Source: an uncultured Thermoleophilaceae bacterium (GTDB lineage Bacteria > Actinomycetota > Thermoleophilia > Solirubrobacterales > Thermoleophilaceae). Taken from it: a stretch of 64,000 nt of DNA. Of the stretch, positions 24,379 to 32,965 are shown piece by piece; positions within the stretch are counted from its first letter, which is position 1; the number at the start of each line of letters is the position of its first letter. The stretch lies in NCBI GenBank assembly GCA_963827065.1, contig CAWGZM010000007.1, positions 182,066 to 246,065 on the forward strand, in the 5' to 3' direction. The position numbers and the translations under genes were made by a program. The notes under the pieces were generated by a model. That model saw only the letters and a program-made list of their open reading frames with translations. It had not been told where the DNA came from and searched no databases.

Positions 24379-25863
24379 TCACTTCGCGTAGTCGGTCGCG
24401 CGGCTCTCGCGGATGACCGTGACCTTGATCTGGCCCGGGTACTCGAGCTCCTTCTCGACCTCGCGGGCGATCTCGTGCGAGAGCAGGGCGGCGGCGTCGT
24501 CGTCGATCTCGTTGGGATGGACGATGACGCGCACCTCACGGCCGGCGTGCATCGCGTAGACCTTGTCGACGCCCTCGTGACGGGTCGCGATCGCCTCCAG
24601 CTCGTGCAGCCGCTTGACGTACTGCTCGAGCGATTCGCCGCGCGCGCCAGGGCGCGCGCCGGACAGCGCATCGACGATCTGGACGATCACGGCCTCGACC
24701 GTCTGCAGCTCGACCTCGTTGTGGTGGGCCTCCATCGCGTGCGCGACCGCCTCGGACTCCTTGTAGCGGCGCGCCAGCTCGCCGCCGACGAGCGCGTGCG
24801 GCCCCTCGGTCTCGTGCGACACGCCCTTGCCGATGTCGTGTAGAAGAGCCGCGCGGGCGGCCACGCGCGGGTCGGCGCCGAGCTCGTCGGCCAGCATCCA
24901 CGCGAGCCGGGCGCACTCGATCGAGTGATGCAGGACGTTCTGGCCGTAGCTCGTCCGGAAGCGGAGCTTGCCGAGCAGCTTGACGAGCTCGGGGTGGATC
25001 GAGCCGACGTTCGCCTCGAACACCGCCTGCTCCCCCACCTCGACGATGTGCTGGTCGATCTCCGACTTGGCCTGATGGAAGGCCTCCTCGATCCGCGCCG
25101 GGTGGATGCGGCCGTCCTGGAGCAGCTTCTCGAGCGTGAGCCGAGCGATCTCGCGGCGCACGCCGTCGAAGCCGGACAGCAGCACCGCCCCGGGAGTGTC
25201 GTCGATGATGAAGTCGATGCCGGTGAGCGTCTCGAGCGTCCGGATGTTGCGGCCCTCACGGCCGATGATGCGTCCCTTCAGCTCATCTGACTTGAGCTCG
25301 ACCACCGACACGGTCGTCTCGACGGCATGGCTCGAGGCCACGCGCTGCATCACGGCGGCGAGAATGCTGCGGGCGCGCCGGTCTGCGTCGCGGCGGGTCT
25401 CCTCCTCGACCTGGCGGATCAGGCGCGCGCTCTCGTGGCGCAGCTCGTCCTCGAGCTCGTGCATCAGCATCTGCTTGGCCTGGCCTGCGCTCAGACCTGC
25501 GACGCGCTCGAGCTCGCGCACCTGACGGCTCTTCGCGTCCTTCAGCTCCTGGCGGGCGTGGTCGATGTTGCGGGCGCGGTCCTCGAGCGAGCGCTCCCGC
25601 TCGGCTAGCTGCTGCGCCTTGACGTCGACCGAGCTCTCCTTCGCATGCAGACGCTCCTCGACGCGGGCGATCTCGGTGCGCCTCGCGACGAGCTCCTCCT
25701 CGAGCCCGTCGCTGCGCGGCCTCGCGTCCGCGTCCGCGACCGCGCCAGGCTCGGGCGTGGCAACCGCGCCCGCGCCGGCCTGCACCGCGCGCGGCCGATG
25801 CACCAGCAGCACAACCGCCACCGCGACTGCCGCCGCGACCAGCGCCGCCAACACGATCTCCAT
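24379..25863 (-). CDS. rny: Ribonuclease Y
   Basis: N-terminal TM helix, a coiled coil, a KH domain (GRIIGREGRNIRTLE) and an HD domain (LLHDIGK...HH). Confidence 0.9.
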   Translation of the reverse strand: MEIVLAALVAAAVAVAVVLLVHRPRAVQAGAGAVATPEPGAVADADARPRSDGLEEELVARRTEIARVEERLHAKESSVDVKAQQLAERERSLEDRARNIDHARQELKDAKSRQVRELERVAGLSAGQAKQMLMHELEDELRHESARLIRQVEEETRRDADRRARSILAAVMQRVASSHAVETTVSVVELKSDELKGRIIGREGRNIRTLETLTGIDFIIDDTPGAVLLSGFDGVRREIARLTLEKLLQDGRIHPARIEEAFHQAKSEIDQHIVEVGEQAVFEANVGSIHPELVKLLGKLRFRTSYGQNVLHHSIECARLAWMLADELGADPRVAARAALLHDIGKGVSHETEGPHALVGGELARRYKESEAVAHAMEAHHNEVELQTVEAVIVQIVDALSGARPGARGESLEQYVKRLHELEAIATRHEGVDKVYAMHAGREVRVIVHPNEIDDDAAALLSHEIAREVEKELEYPGQIKVTVIRESRATDYAK

Positions 25864-26191
25864 TCCGGTCTCCTATTCCGGCGCAGCGCGCCGGTCTCAT
25901 CCAAGTTCGGTGAGCGGTGCGGCTTACCGCCGCAAGACACCAGACGTCGCCAGGAGCGGCGCGCGCGCCCGGCGGGCGCGCGCAGACTGCCTCTTATGGA
26001 CCCTCTCGGACGCTCCTTCCGAGGGGCTCACGTTCGTTTGTCCGTACAACGGTCACAGAAGAATCAGGCGATTTGCTCGTCTTTTGCCTCGAGACGGCCG
26101 TGCCGGCCGCGTTCACAGGAGGGTAACCCTCAGGGGGGTGACTCGCAACCATCGGGCCGCGGCTATCAGCGGCAGGGGGACCCGGCTGCGC

Positions 26192-26725
26192 TCAGGCCGC
26201 CCGCGGGCGCCGCTCGAGCTCGCGCACGGCCTCGTAGGCCAGCTCGGGCGCGAAGCCGCGGCGCACCAGCAGCCCCCAGGCGCGGTCGCGCTCGCGGTCG
26301 TCGGCGGGCGGTGAAGGGAAGCGCTGCTCGAGGAGTATCAGCGCCGTCCCGAGCTCCGCCTGCCGGGTGCGATCGCAGAGCGCAGCATCGATCAGATCCG
26401 CCGCGACGCCGCGCCTGGTCAGATCGCGCGCGATCCGCTCGGAGCCCCACTGGGCGAGCTCACGCTTGTCCTCCGCGAAGCGAATCGCGTAGCGCGCGTC
26501 GTCGAGGAAGCCAGCAGCGGTCAGCTCCTCGACCGCCGCCTCGATCGCATCCGGCTCGACGCGCCTGCGCTCGAGCGCCGTTCGCAGCTCGGCGACGGTC
26601 CGCTCGCGCCGTGCGACGGCCTTGTAGGCGAGGTCGATCGCCCGCTCCCTCTCGGACCGGCGCGGCGGTGCGGCAGGCTCCGGCTCCCCGTCCTCGGGTC
26701 CGAGATCGAGATCGAGGTCGCCCAT
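26192..26725 (-). CDS. recX: Recombination regulator RecX
   Basis: AIDLAYKAVARRERTVAELRTALERR...FLDDARYAIRFAEDK... are three-helix RecX repeats, directly downstream of recA. The start was moved to ATG 26725 because the longer ORF overlaps recA in an Arg-rich frame. Confidence 0.85.
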   Translation of the reverse strand: MGDLDLDLGPEDGEPEPAAPPRRSERERAIDLAYKAVARRERTVAELRTALERRRVEPDAIEAAVEELTAAGFLDDARYAIRFAEDKRELAQWGSERIARDLTRRGVAADLIDAALCDRTRQAELGTALILLEQRFPSPPADDRERDRAWGLLVRRGFAPELAYEAVRELERRPRAA

Positions 26726-26750
26726 GGCCCTCGCTCGCCCCAGGCTCGGC

Positions 26751-27863
26751 TCAGGCCGCCTCGCGGCCCTCCGTCGCCTGCTCCGCCTCCGGATCGCCCT
26801 CGGGGCCGCCCTCCGCGTCGGCCTCAACCGCCGCGAGCGGCGCCGCCGCCGGCTCGACGCCGAGCGCGTCATAGATCTTGCGCTCGATCTCGCTCGTGAC
26901 GGCGGGGTTCTCGCGCAGATAGCCCTTGACGTTGTTGCGGCCCTGGCCGAGCCGCTCGTCTCCGTAGGAGAAGAACGAGCCCGACTTCTGGACGATGCCG
27001 TGCTCGATCCCGAGGTCGAGGATGCAGCCCTCCGAGCTGATCCCCTGCCCGTACTCGATGTCGAACTCGGCCTGCCGGAACGGCGCCGCGACCTTGTTCT
27101 TGACCACCTTGACGCGCACGCGGTTGCCGACCGCCTCGGTGCCCTCCTTGAGGGTCTCGATGCGCCGGATGTCGAGGCGCTGCGACGAGTAGAACTTGAG
27201 CGCGCGCCCGCCCGGCTGCGTCTCCGGCGAGCCGAACATCACGCCGACCTTCTCGCGGATCTGGTTGGTGAAGACGCACAGCGTGTTGGCGCGGTTCAGG
27301 TTGCCGGCGAGCTTGCGCATCGCCTGGGACATCATCCGCGCCTGCAGGCCGACGGTCTGATCGCCCATCTGCCCCTCGAGCTCCGCCTTCGGTGTGAGCG
27401 CCGCCACCGAGTCGATCGCCACGATGTCGACGGCGCCCGAGCGGATCAGCAGGTCCGCGATCTCGAGCGCCTGCTCGCCGTGGTCCGGCTGCGAGACGAG
27501 CAGCTCGTCGACGTCGACCCCGATGCGCTTGGCGTACACCGGGTCCATGGCGTGCTCGGCGTCGATGAACGCACAGATGCCGCCCATCTTCTGGGCGCTG
27601 GCGAGCACGTGGTAGAGCAGCGTCGTCTTTCCGGAGGACTCGGGGCCGAATATCTCAACGATCCGCCCGCGCGGCAACCCGCCGACCCCGAGCGCCAGGT
27701 CGAGCGACAGCGCGCCCGTCGGGACGGCGGCCACCCGCACCTGGTAGGCGTCGTCCCCCATCTTCATGATCGATCCCTGGCCGAACTGGCGCTCGATCTG
27801 CGTGAGTGCGCCCTTCAGCGCAGCTTCGCGCGCCTGCGCGGCCTTCTGCTGCTCCTTGTCCAT
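26751..27863 (-). CDS. recA: Recombinase RecA
   Basis: [16 protein letters not shown], Walker [19 protein letters not shown]-like IDAEHAMD and VVVDSVAAL-like [18 protein letters not shown] precedes the ATG at 27863. Confidence 0.95.
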   Translation of the reverse strand: MDKEQQKAAQAREAALKGALTQIERQFGQGSIMKMGDDAYQVRVAAVPTGALSLDLALGVGGLPRGRIVEIFGPESSGKTTLLYHVLASAQKMGGICAFIDAEHAMDPVYAKRIGVDVDELLVSQPDHGEQALEIADLLIRSGAVDIVAIDSVAALTPKAELEGQMGDQTVGLQARMMSQAMRKLAGNLNRANTLCVFTNQIREKVGVMFGSPETQPGGRALKFYSSQRLDIRRIETLKEGTEAVGNRVRVKVVKNKVAAPFRQAEFDIEYGQGISSEGCILDLGIEHGIVQKSGSFFSYGDERLGQGRNNVKGYLRENPAVTSEIERKIYDALGVEPAAAPLAAVEADAEGGPEGDPEAEQATEGREAA

Positions 27864-27935
27864 GCCTGTTCTCCTCGAAGTCTTGAGATCCACAACGTAG
27901 GAGGGCTATCGGACAGATGTTCGCCCCGGCCCGCA

Positions 27936-28676
27936 TCAGCCGAGCCGTTCGCAGACCTGCACCTCCGTCCGGTAGGTCATCGTGACCGGCCCGGCGGCGG
28001 CGAGCTCACGGGCGGCGGCGATCAGGCGCTCGCGCTCGACGGTCGGCAGCGTGGGCACAAAGCTGATCGAGCCGACCCGGTCGGCCATGCCGTCCGCGTC
28101 GAGGGTGTGCTCGTTCGGGAAGCGGCGCTCCTCGATTGGCCCGAACAGCGTGGTCCGCTCGAAGGCGGCCCGCCAGTCGCCGCGCCCGTGCGAGGGCACC
28201 AGGTTCAGATGCGGGCGGAGCAGCTCCTCGATCGCCCGGTTGACGGGGTCGCCCGCCACGCGGCGATTCCAGATGAGCGCCAGCGAGCCGCCGGGTCGCA
28301 GCACGCGGTGAATCTCGGCGAGCGCGGCGACGCCGTCGAACCAGTGGAAGGCCTGGCCGACGCTGACCGCGTCGGCGCGGCCCGGCTCGAGCGGAATGTG
28401 CTCCGCCGTGCCGTCGAGCGCGGCGGCGCCCTCGGGCAGCTCGGCACGCATCTCCGCGACCGGCTCCACGGCGACCACCTCGGCGCCCTTCGAGAGCAGC
28501 GGCCGTGTCAGCGCCCCGGTGCCCGCCGCCAGGTCGACGACCGTGCGCCCCGGTCCGAGCTCGAGCCGCCGCGCCAGGTACTCGAGCGCTTCCGGCGGAT
28601 AGCTCGGCCGGCCGCGCCGGTACTCGCCCGCGGCACGCGCGAATCCCTGCTCCGCCGCTGGATGCAGGCGGCTCAC
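27936..28676 (-). CDS. Class I SAM-dependent methyltransferase
   Basis: VVDLAAGTGALTRPL motif I, VGQAFHWFD and LRPGGSLALIWN. The GTG at 28676 lies in a GTGA overlap with the upstream GNAT stop. Confidence 0.75.
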   Translation of the reverse strand: MSRLHPAAEQGFARAAGEYRRGRPSYPPEALEYLARRLELGPGRTVVDLAAGTGALTRPLLSKGAEVVAVEPVAEMRAELPEGAAALDGTAEHIPLEPGRADAVSVGQAFHWFDGVAALAEIHRVLRPGGSLALIWNRRVAGDPVNRAIEELLRPHLNLVPSHGRGDWRAAFERTTLFGPIEERRFPNEHTLDADGMADRVGSISFVPTLPTVERERLIAAARELAAAGPVTMTYRTEVQVCERLG

Positions 28677-29221
28677 AGGTCCTCCGGCAGCAGTGAGAAC
28701 ATGATCAGGTCCTCGCGCTCGCCGTGGCGGGTGCGGTAGCGGCGCAGCGTTCCCTCGCGCGTGAAGCCGGCGCTCTCGGCGAGCCGCTGGGACGCCTCGT
28801 TGGCCGGGTTCGCCATCAGCTCGAGGCGCTCGAGCCCGAGAAACTCGAGCGCCCAGCGCGACAGCAGCCGCAGGGCGCGCGTCCCGAGGCCGCGTCCGCG
28901 TGCCTCGCGGGCCATCCAGTAGCCGATCTCGCCCTTGCGGTCGGCCCAGTCGAAGTTCGACATGCCGATCGCCCCCAGCAGCGCATCCTCGTGATCGACC
29001 ACCGCGAGCGCCAGGTCCCTGCCGGCGGCGCGATCCGTGTCGCGGGTCGCGATGAACTCGGTGGCGTGGAGCTCCGTGTACTCGCGCGGGACGACCGTCC
29101 AACGTGAGATCTCGGGGTCCTGGCAGGCGGCCGTGACGGCGGGCACGTCGCCGAGCGTCCACGGCCTCAGCAGCACCTGGGTGTCGGCCAGCGGCGGTTC
29201 TGGCAGCGGGATCGCGGGCAC
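28673..29221 (-). CDS. GNAT family N-acetyltransferase (RimJ/RimL-like)
   Basis: LLRPWTLGDV..., the acetyl-CoA motif ARGRGLGTRALRLL, and NEASQRLAESAGFTREGTLR. Confidence 0.8.
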   Translation of the reverse strand: MPAIPLPEPPLADTQVLLRPWTLGDVPAVTAACQDPEISRWTVVPREYTELHATEFIATRDTDRAAGRDLALAVVDHEDALLGAIGMSNFDWADRKGEIGYWMAREARGRGLGTRALRLLSRWALEFLGLERLELMANPANEASQRLAESAGFTREGTLRRYRTRHGEREDLIMFSLLPEDL

Positions 29222-30330
29222 TACCCGGCGTCCGCCCCGACCACGTCGGCGACCCGCCTCGCGCCGTCGCGATCGAGCAGCGCGCCGAGCCCGGCGAGGA
29301 TCTCCTTGACGAGGCCCGGCCCGCGATAGACGAGCGCGGTGTAGAGCTGTACGAGCGAAGCGCCGAGGCGGATCTTGCGGTACGCGTCCTCGGCCGTAAA
29401 GACTCCCCCGGCGGCGATCAGGCCGTAGCGGCCGCCCTCGCCCGTGATGCCGTAGAGCAGCCGCAGGACCTCGTTGACGAAGTTCTCGACGGGCCGCCCG
29501 CCCACTGCGCCCGGCATCCGATCGAGCCGCTCCGCGGAGGCGCTCAGCCGCAGCACGCCCGGCTTGCCGGCCGGCAGGTTGATCGCAAAGCCCGCGACGA
29601 AGGAGAAGCCGTCCGCAATCGCCACGATCTCGCGGAGCACGCCCGCGTCCGTCGTCGGCTTGAGCTTGAGGATCACGGGGACGCGCGGCCCCGCCTCGCC
29701 GAGCCGCGCGAGCAGCCGCTCGACGCGAGACAGCTCGTCGAAGAAGTCGCGGTCGCCGGGCGAGTTCGGGCAGCTCATGTTGAGCGCCACGTAGTCCGCC
29801 TGGCGCTGCAGCAGCTCGAAGGAGCGGGCGTAGTCCTCGTAGACGTCGGGCTCGACCGCCGGCCGGGCCGGGTCGTTCGTCTTGACGAGGTTCACGCCCA
29901 ACGGCACCGGCAGCCGCAGTTGGGCGAGCCGCCGCGCGACGACCTCGGCGCCGTCGTTCGGCACTCCGTAGCTGACGACGATCGCGTCGTCCTCCGGCAG
30001 CCGGAAGAGCCGAGGCCGCGGGTTGCCGTTCGACGGGTGTGCGGAGACCGACCCCATCTCGAGATGGCCGAAGCCGAGCTCGGCGAGCAGCCGCAGCGCG
30101 CGGCCGTTCTTGTCGAAGCCGGCGGCGAGCCCGAGCGGGTTTGCGAACGACAGGCCGCCGAGCTCGACACCGAGGCCGCGCACGCCGCCCGCGAACGCCA
30201 TTCGCGCGAGCCCGCGGACCGGGGCCGCCCGCCCGGCAAGCGCCGAGGTCCGGAGCGCGAGCTCGTGCGCCCGCTCGGGCTCGAGCCGGAAGAGCAGGGG
30301 CCGCACGGCCGTCTCGTACAGCGCGCTCAC
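29221..30330 (-). CDS. pyrD: Dihydroorotate dehydrogenase (quinone), class 2
   Basis: The N-terminal helix region LLFRLEPERAHEL, NPLGLAAGFDKNG, GFGHLEMGSVS, NMSCPN and GGVFTAEDAYRKIRLGASLVQLYTALVY. Confidence 0.85.
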   Translation of the reverse strand: MSALYETAVRPLLFRLEPERAHELALRTSALAGRAAPVRGLARMAFAGGVRGLGVELGGLSFANPLGLAAGFDKNGRALRLLAELGFGHLEMGSVSAHPSNGNPRPRLFRLPEDDAIVVSYGVPNDGAEVVARRLAQLRLPVPLGVNLVKTNDPARPAVEPDVYEDYARSFELLQRQADYVALNMSCPNSPGDRDFFDELSRVERLLARLGEAGPRVPVILKLKPTTDAGVLREIVAIADGFSFVAGFAINLPAGKPGVLRLSASAERLDRMPGAVGGRPVENFVNEVLRLLYGITGEGGRYGLIAAGGVFTAEDAYRKIRLGASLVQLYTALVYRGPGLVKEILAGLGALLDRDGARRVADVVGADAG

Positions 30331-30888
30331 TGGCCCTGGACGCTAGCGGCCGGGGCCTGCGCGAGCGGCTCGTAGAGGGCGCCCTGCGGGCGCAGCGTCG
30401 AGCGGTAGAGCGTCAGCTGCTCGCCCGCGAATGGCTCGGCGGGCGCGAGGCGGATCGTCGGGCAGCGGCGGCACGCGGCGCTCTCCCCGCTTGACGCGCG
30501 CCAGCGTGATGTGCGGCCAGAAGGGACGCTTCTCGGGCCGGTACCAGCGGCCGGCCTCGAGCGCGTCCGAGACGGCCGCCTGGAGCGCCCCCGCACGGCC
30601 TCCCTCGTCCTCGAGGTCGAGCGCGAACAGGCGCGGGTCGCGCGGCGGCAGCGAGCGGACCGAGGAGGGCGTGAGGAGCGGCGCCGCGCCGCCCTCCGGC
30701 CGGGCCGCGAGGGTCGCGGCCGCGATCGCGTCGGCGGCCGCCTCGTCCTGCCAGCCGAGGAACACGAGCGTCACGTGCAGGGCCTCGGCCCGTACCGGGC
30801 GCAGGTCGCGGCGGCCCTCCACCAGCGTGTCGCGCCACGCCGCGAGCCCCGCCCGCGCCTCGGCGGGTAGGTCGAGCGCCACGAACAT
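30327..30888 (-). pseudogene. thpR: RNA 2',3'-cyclic phosphodiesterase / 2'-5' RNA ligase (ThpR/LigT), reading frame broken by an apparent 1-nt frameshift
   Basis: Both HxT motifs (LHVTLVFLG, WPHITLARV) lie in the frame of ORF 30343-31053. The family C-terminus (EPFAGEQLTLYRSTLRPQGALYEPL) lies in the frame of ORF 30327-30596. That second frame ends in a GTGA overlap with the pyrD start. Confidence 0.6.
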
Positions 30889-30905
30889 GCGCGCACGCGG
30901 ACCGC

Positions 30906-32186
30906 TCAGGGGAAGCCGTCCTCCATGCCCGCCAGCGCCCGCCGCAGCAGGTGCATCGCCACCGTGGTCGCGCGCTCGCGGATGTCGGTGCGGTCTCCGG
31001 GCAGGAGCGCCCGCCTGGTGAGCGTCTCGCCGTCGCCAAGCCCGACGCTCCATACGACCGTCCCCACGGGCTTCTCGTCAGTCCCCCCGTCCGGCCCCGC
31101 GATGCCTGTGATCGCCACGGCGGTGTCCGCGCCGAAGCGCTCGAGCGCCCCCAACGCCATCGCCTCCGCCACCTCCTCGGAGACAGCGCCGTGAGCCTCG
31201 ATCAGCGCGGGATCCACCCCGAGCAGATCCGTCTTCGCCTCGTTCGCGTACGCGACGACCCCGCCTTCCACATACGCGGACGAGCCGGGCCTGTCGGTGA
31301 GTCGCGCCGCGAGCAGCCCTGCGGTGCAGGACTCCGCCGTCGCGACCCGGCGCCCCTCGAGCAGGCCTGCCACGAGGTCGTCGATGCGCGAGCCGTCCTC
31401 CGAGAAGATCTCGCGCGGGTGGCGCTCGCGCACGAGCGCCAGCAGGCTCTTGTAGGCCGCCGCCGCGTCGGGCTCGTAGCGGGTGACCATCTCGATCTCG
31501 CCGCGCCGCAGACAGGTGGTGATCTCGAGCCGCTCGAAGCCCTCCACGGCCCGCTCCGCGTCACGCAGGGTCTCCGCGAGCCCGGACTCGGGAAGCCCGA
31601 ACATCCTCACCGTCGCCTGCTCGTAGTCGGTGCGAGCGGCGATGGCCTCGCGTACGGGCTCGCTCTCGACCGCCACGCGCCACATCGGCTGCAGCTCACG
31701 CGGCGGACCGGGCAGCACCACCACGACCGGCTTGCCCGGCACGATCACGCCGGGCGCCGTCCCGACGGGGTCGATCACCGTCGCGCCCTCCGGTATCAGC
31801 GCCTGCTTGCGGTTCGCGGCTCGCATCGCGTCGGGGTCCCAGTGCCGGAAGCGCTTCATGAGCGGCTCGAGGATGCGGTAGATGCGCTGCTCGAGCTGCT
31901 CGTCGAGCACCAGCTCGCGCCCGCTGAAGCGCGCGACGACCTCGACCGTCATGTCGTCGGCGGTCGGCCCTAGGCCGCCGCTCGTGAGGATCAGGTCGAC
32001 GCCCTGGTCGGCAAGGAAGCGCAGCTGGGCCTCTATGTCCTGCGGCCGGTCGCCGCAGATCGTTATGTGGGCGAGCTCGACGCCCAGCTCGAGCAGCCGG
32101 TCGGACAGCCAGGGGCCGTTGCGGTCCTGCACGCGGCCGCTCAGCACCTCGGTGCCGGTCACGACAATGCCCGCGCGGGCGCTCAC
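30906..32186 (-). CDS. cinA: CinA family protein (MoCF-biosynthesis-like domain + nicotinamide-nucleotide amidohydrolase PncC domain)
   Basis: [24 protein letters not shown]...[15 protein letters not shown], and the C-terminal [31 protein letters not shown]. The GTG at 32186 lies in a GTGA overlap with the upstream gene. Confidence 0.85.
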   Translation of the reverse strand: MSARAGIVVTGTEVLSGRVQDRNGPWLSDRLLELGVELAHITICGDRPQDIEAQLRFLADQGVDLILTSGGLGPTADDMTVEVVARFSGRELVLDEQLEQRIYRILEPLMKRFRHWDPDAMRAANRKQALIPEGATVIDPVGTAPGVIVPGKPVVVVLPGPPRELQPMWRVAVESEPVREAIAARTDYEQATVRMFGLPESGLAETLRDAERAVEGFERLEITTCLRRGEIEMVTRYEPDAAAAYKSLLALVRERHPREIFSEDGSRIDDLVAGLLEGRRVATAESCTAGLLAARLTDRPGSSAYVEGGVVAYANEAKTDLLGVDPALIEAHGAVSEEVAEAMALGALERFGADTAVAITGIAGPDGGTDEKPVGTVVWSVGLGDGETLTRRALLPGDRTDIRERATTVAMHLLRRALAGMEDGFP

Positions 32187-32932
32187 GCGCAGGGCCGTTC
32201 GCCGAGCGGCAGGGGCCGGCGCCCGCGGACCGTGAACTCGAAGCCGACGGGGTCCGGGCCGCTCGCGACCGTCACCCGGCGCCCGTTCTTCTGGATCTGC
32301 ACGTCCGTCTTGCCGAGGTTCACGCGCACCGTCTTGCCGCGGAAGGTCTGGGGCGAATCGATCGTGTTCTCGAACAGCACCGGGGTGCCGCTGCCGCGGT
32401 CGACGCACACGTACGTCGGGGTAAGCGGGGTGATCCTCAGGACGACGCGTGTGGGCCGCCGCCGCTCCGGCTCCTGGCGGCGCTCGGTCGTCTCCTGGCG
32501 CGGGGTCGTCTCACCCGCCACCTCGCCGTCGTCGTCGCCGCCGCCGTCCGCGAGCAGGCCGATTGCCACGAGCGCCCCCACCACCGCAACCACGACCAGC
32601 AGCAGCAGCGAGCCCGGCCCGAAACGCGGCCCGCGCCGACGCATGTCGCGCGCGAGGTTCGGGGGCCCGAGCGACTGGATGTGTTCGACGTCGTCGCCCG
32701 CCTCGTAGCGGGCCCGGTACTCCTCGACGAGGAGGTGCGGGTCAAGGCCCAGGGCCTCGGCGTAGGTGCGCAGGAAGGTCTTGACGAACGTGGGCCCGGG
32801 CAGCATCCCGAACTCCTCGTTCTCGAGCGCACGCAGGTACTTTGCGCGGATCTTGGTGCTCGCCTCGACGTCGGCGATGTCGAGGTGCTGGCGCATCCGC
32901 GCCTCCCGCAACGTGTCGCCGATCGTCGCCAT
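32183..32932 (-). CDS. RodZ-like helix-turn-helix membrane protein (HTH_25 + TM + DUF4115-like C-terminus)
   Basis: [58 protein letters not shown], one TM helix ([19 protein letters not shown]) and a C-terminal beta-rich domain. Confidence 0.7.
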   Translation of the reverse strand: MATIGDTLREARMRQHLDIADVEASTKIRAKYLRALENEEFGMLPGPTFVKTFLRTYAEALGLDPHLLVEEYRARYEAGDDVEHIQSLGPPNLARDMRRRGPRFGPGSLLLLVVVAVVGALVAIGLLADGGGDDDGEVAGETTPRQETTERRQEPERRRPTRVVLRITPLTPTYVCVDRGSGTPVLFENTIDSPQTFRGKTVRVNLGKTDVQIQKNGRRVTVASGPDPVGFEFTVRGRRPLPLGERPCA

Positions 32933-32965
32933 GAGGCGCGTAGTGTGATGGATCGGCCGGGGTCG

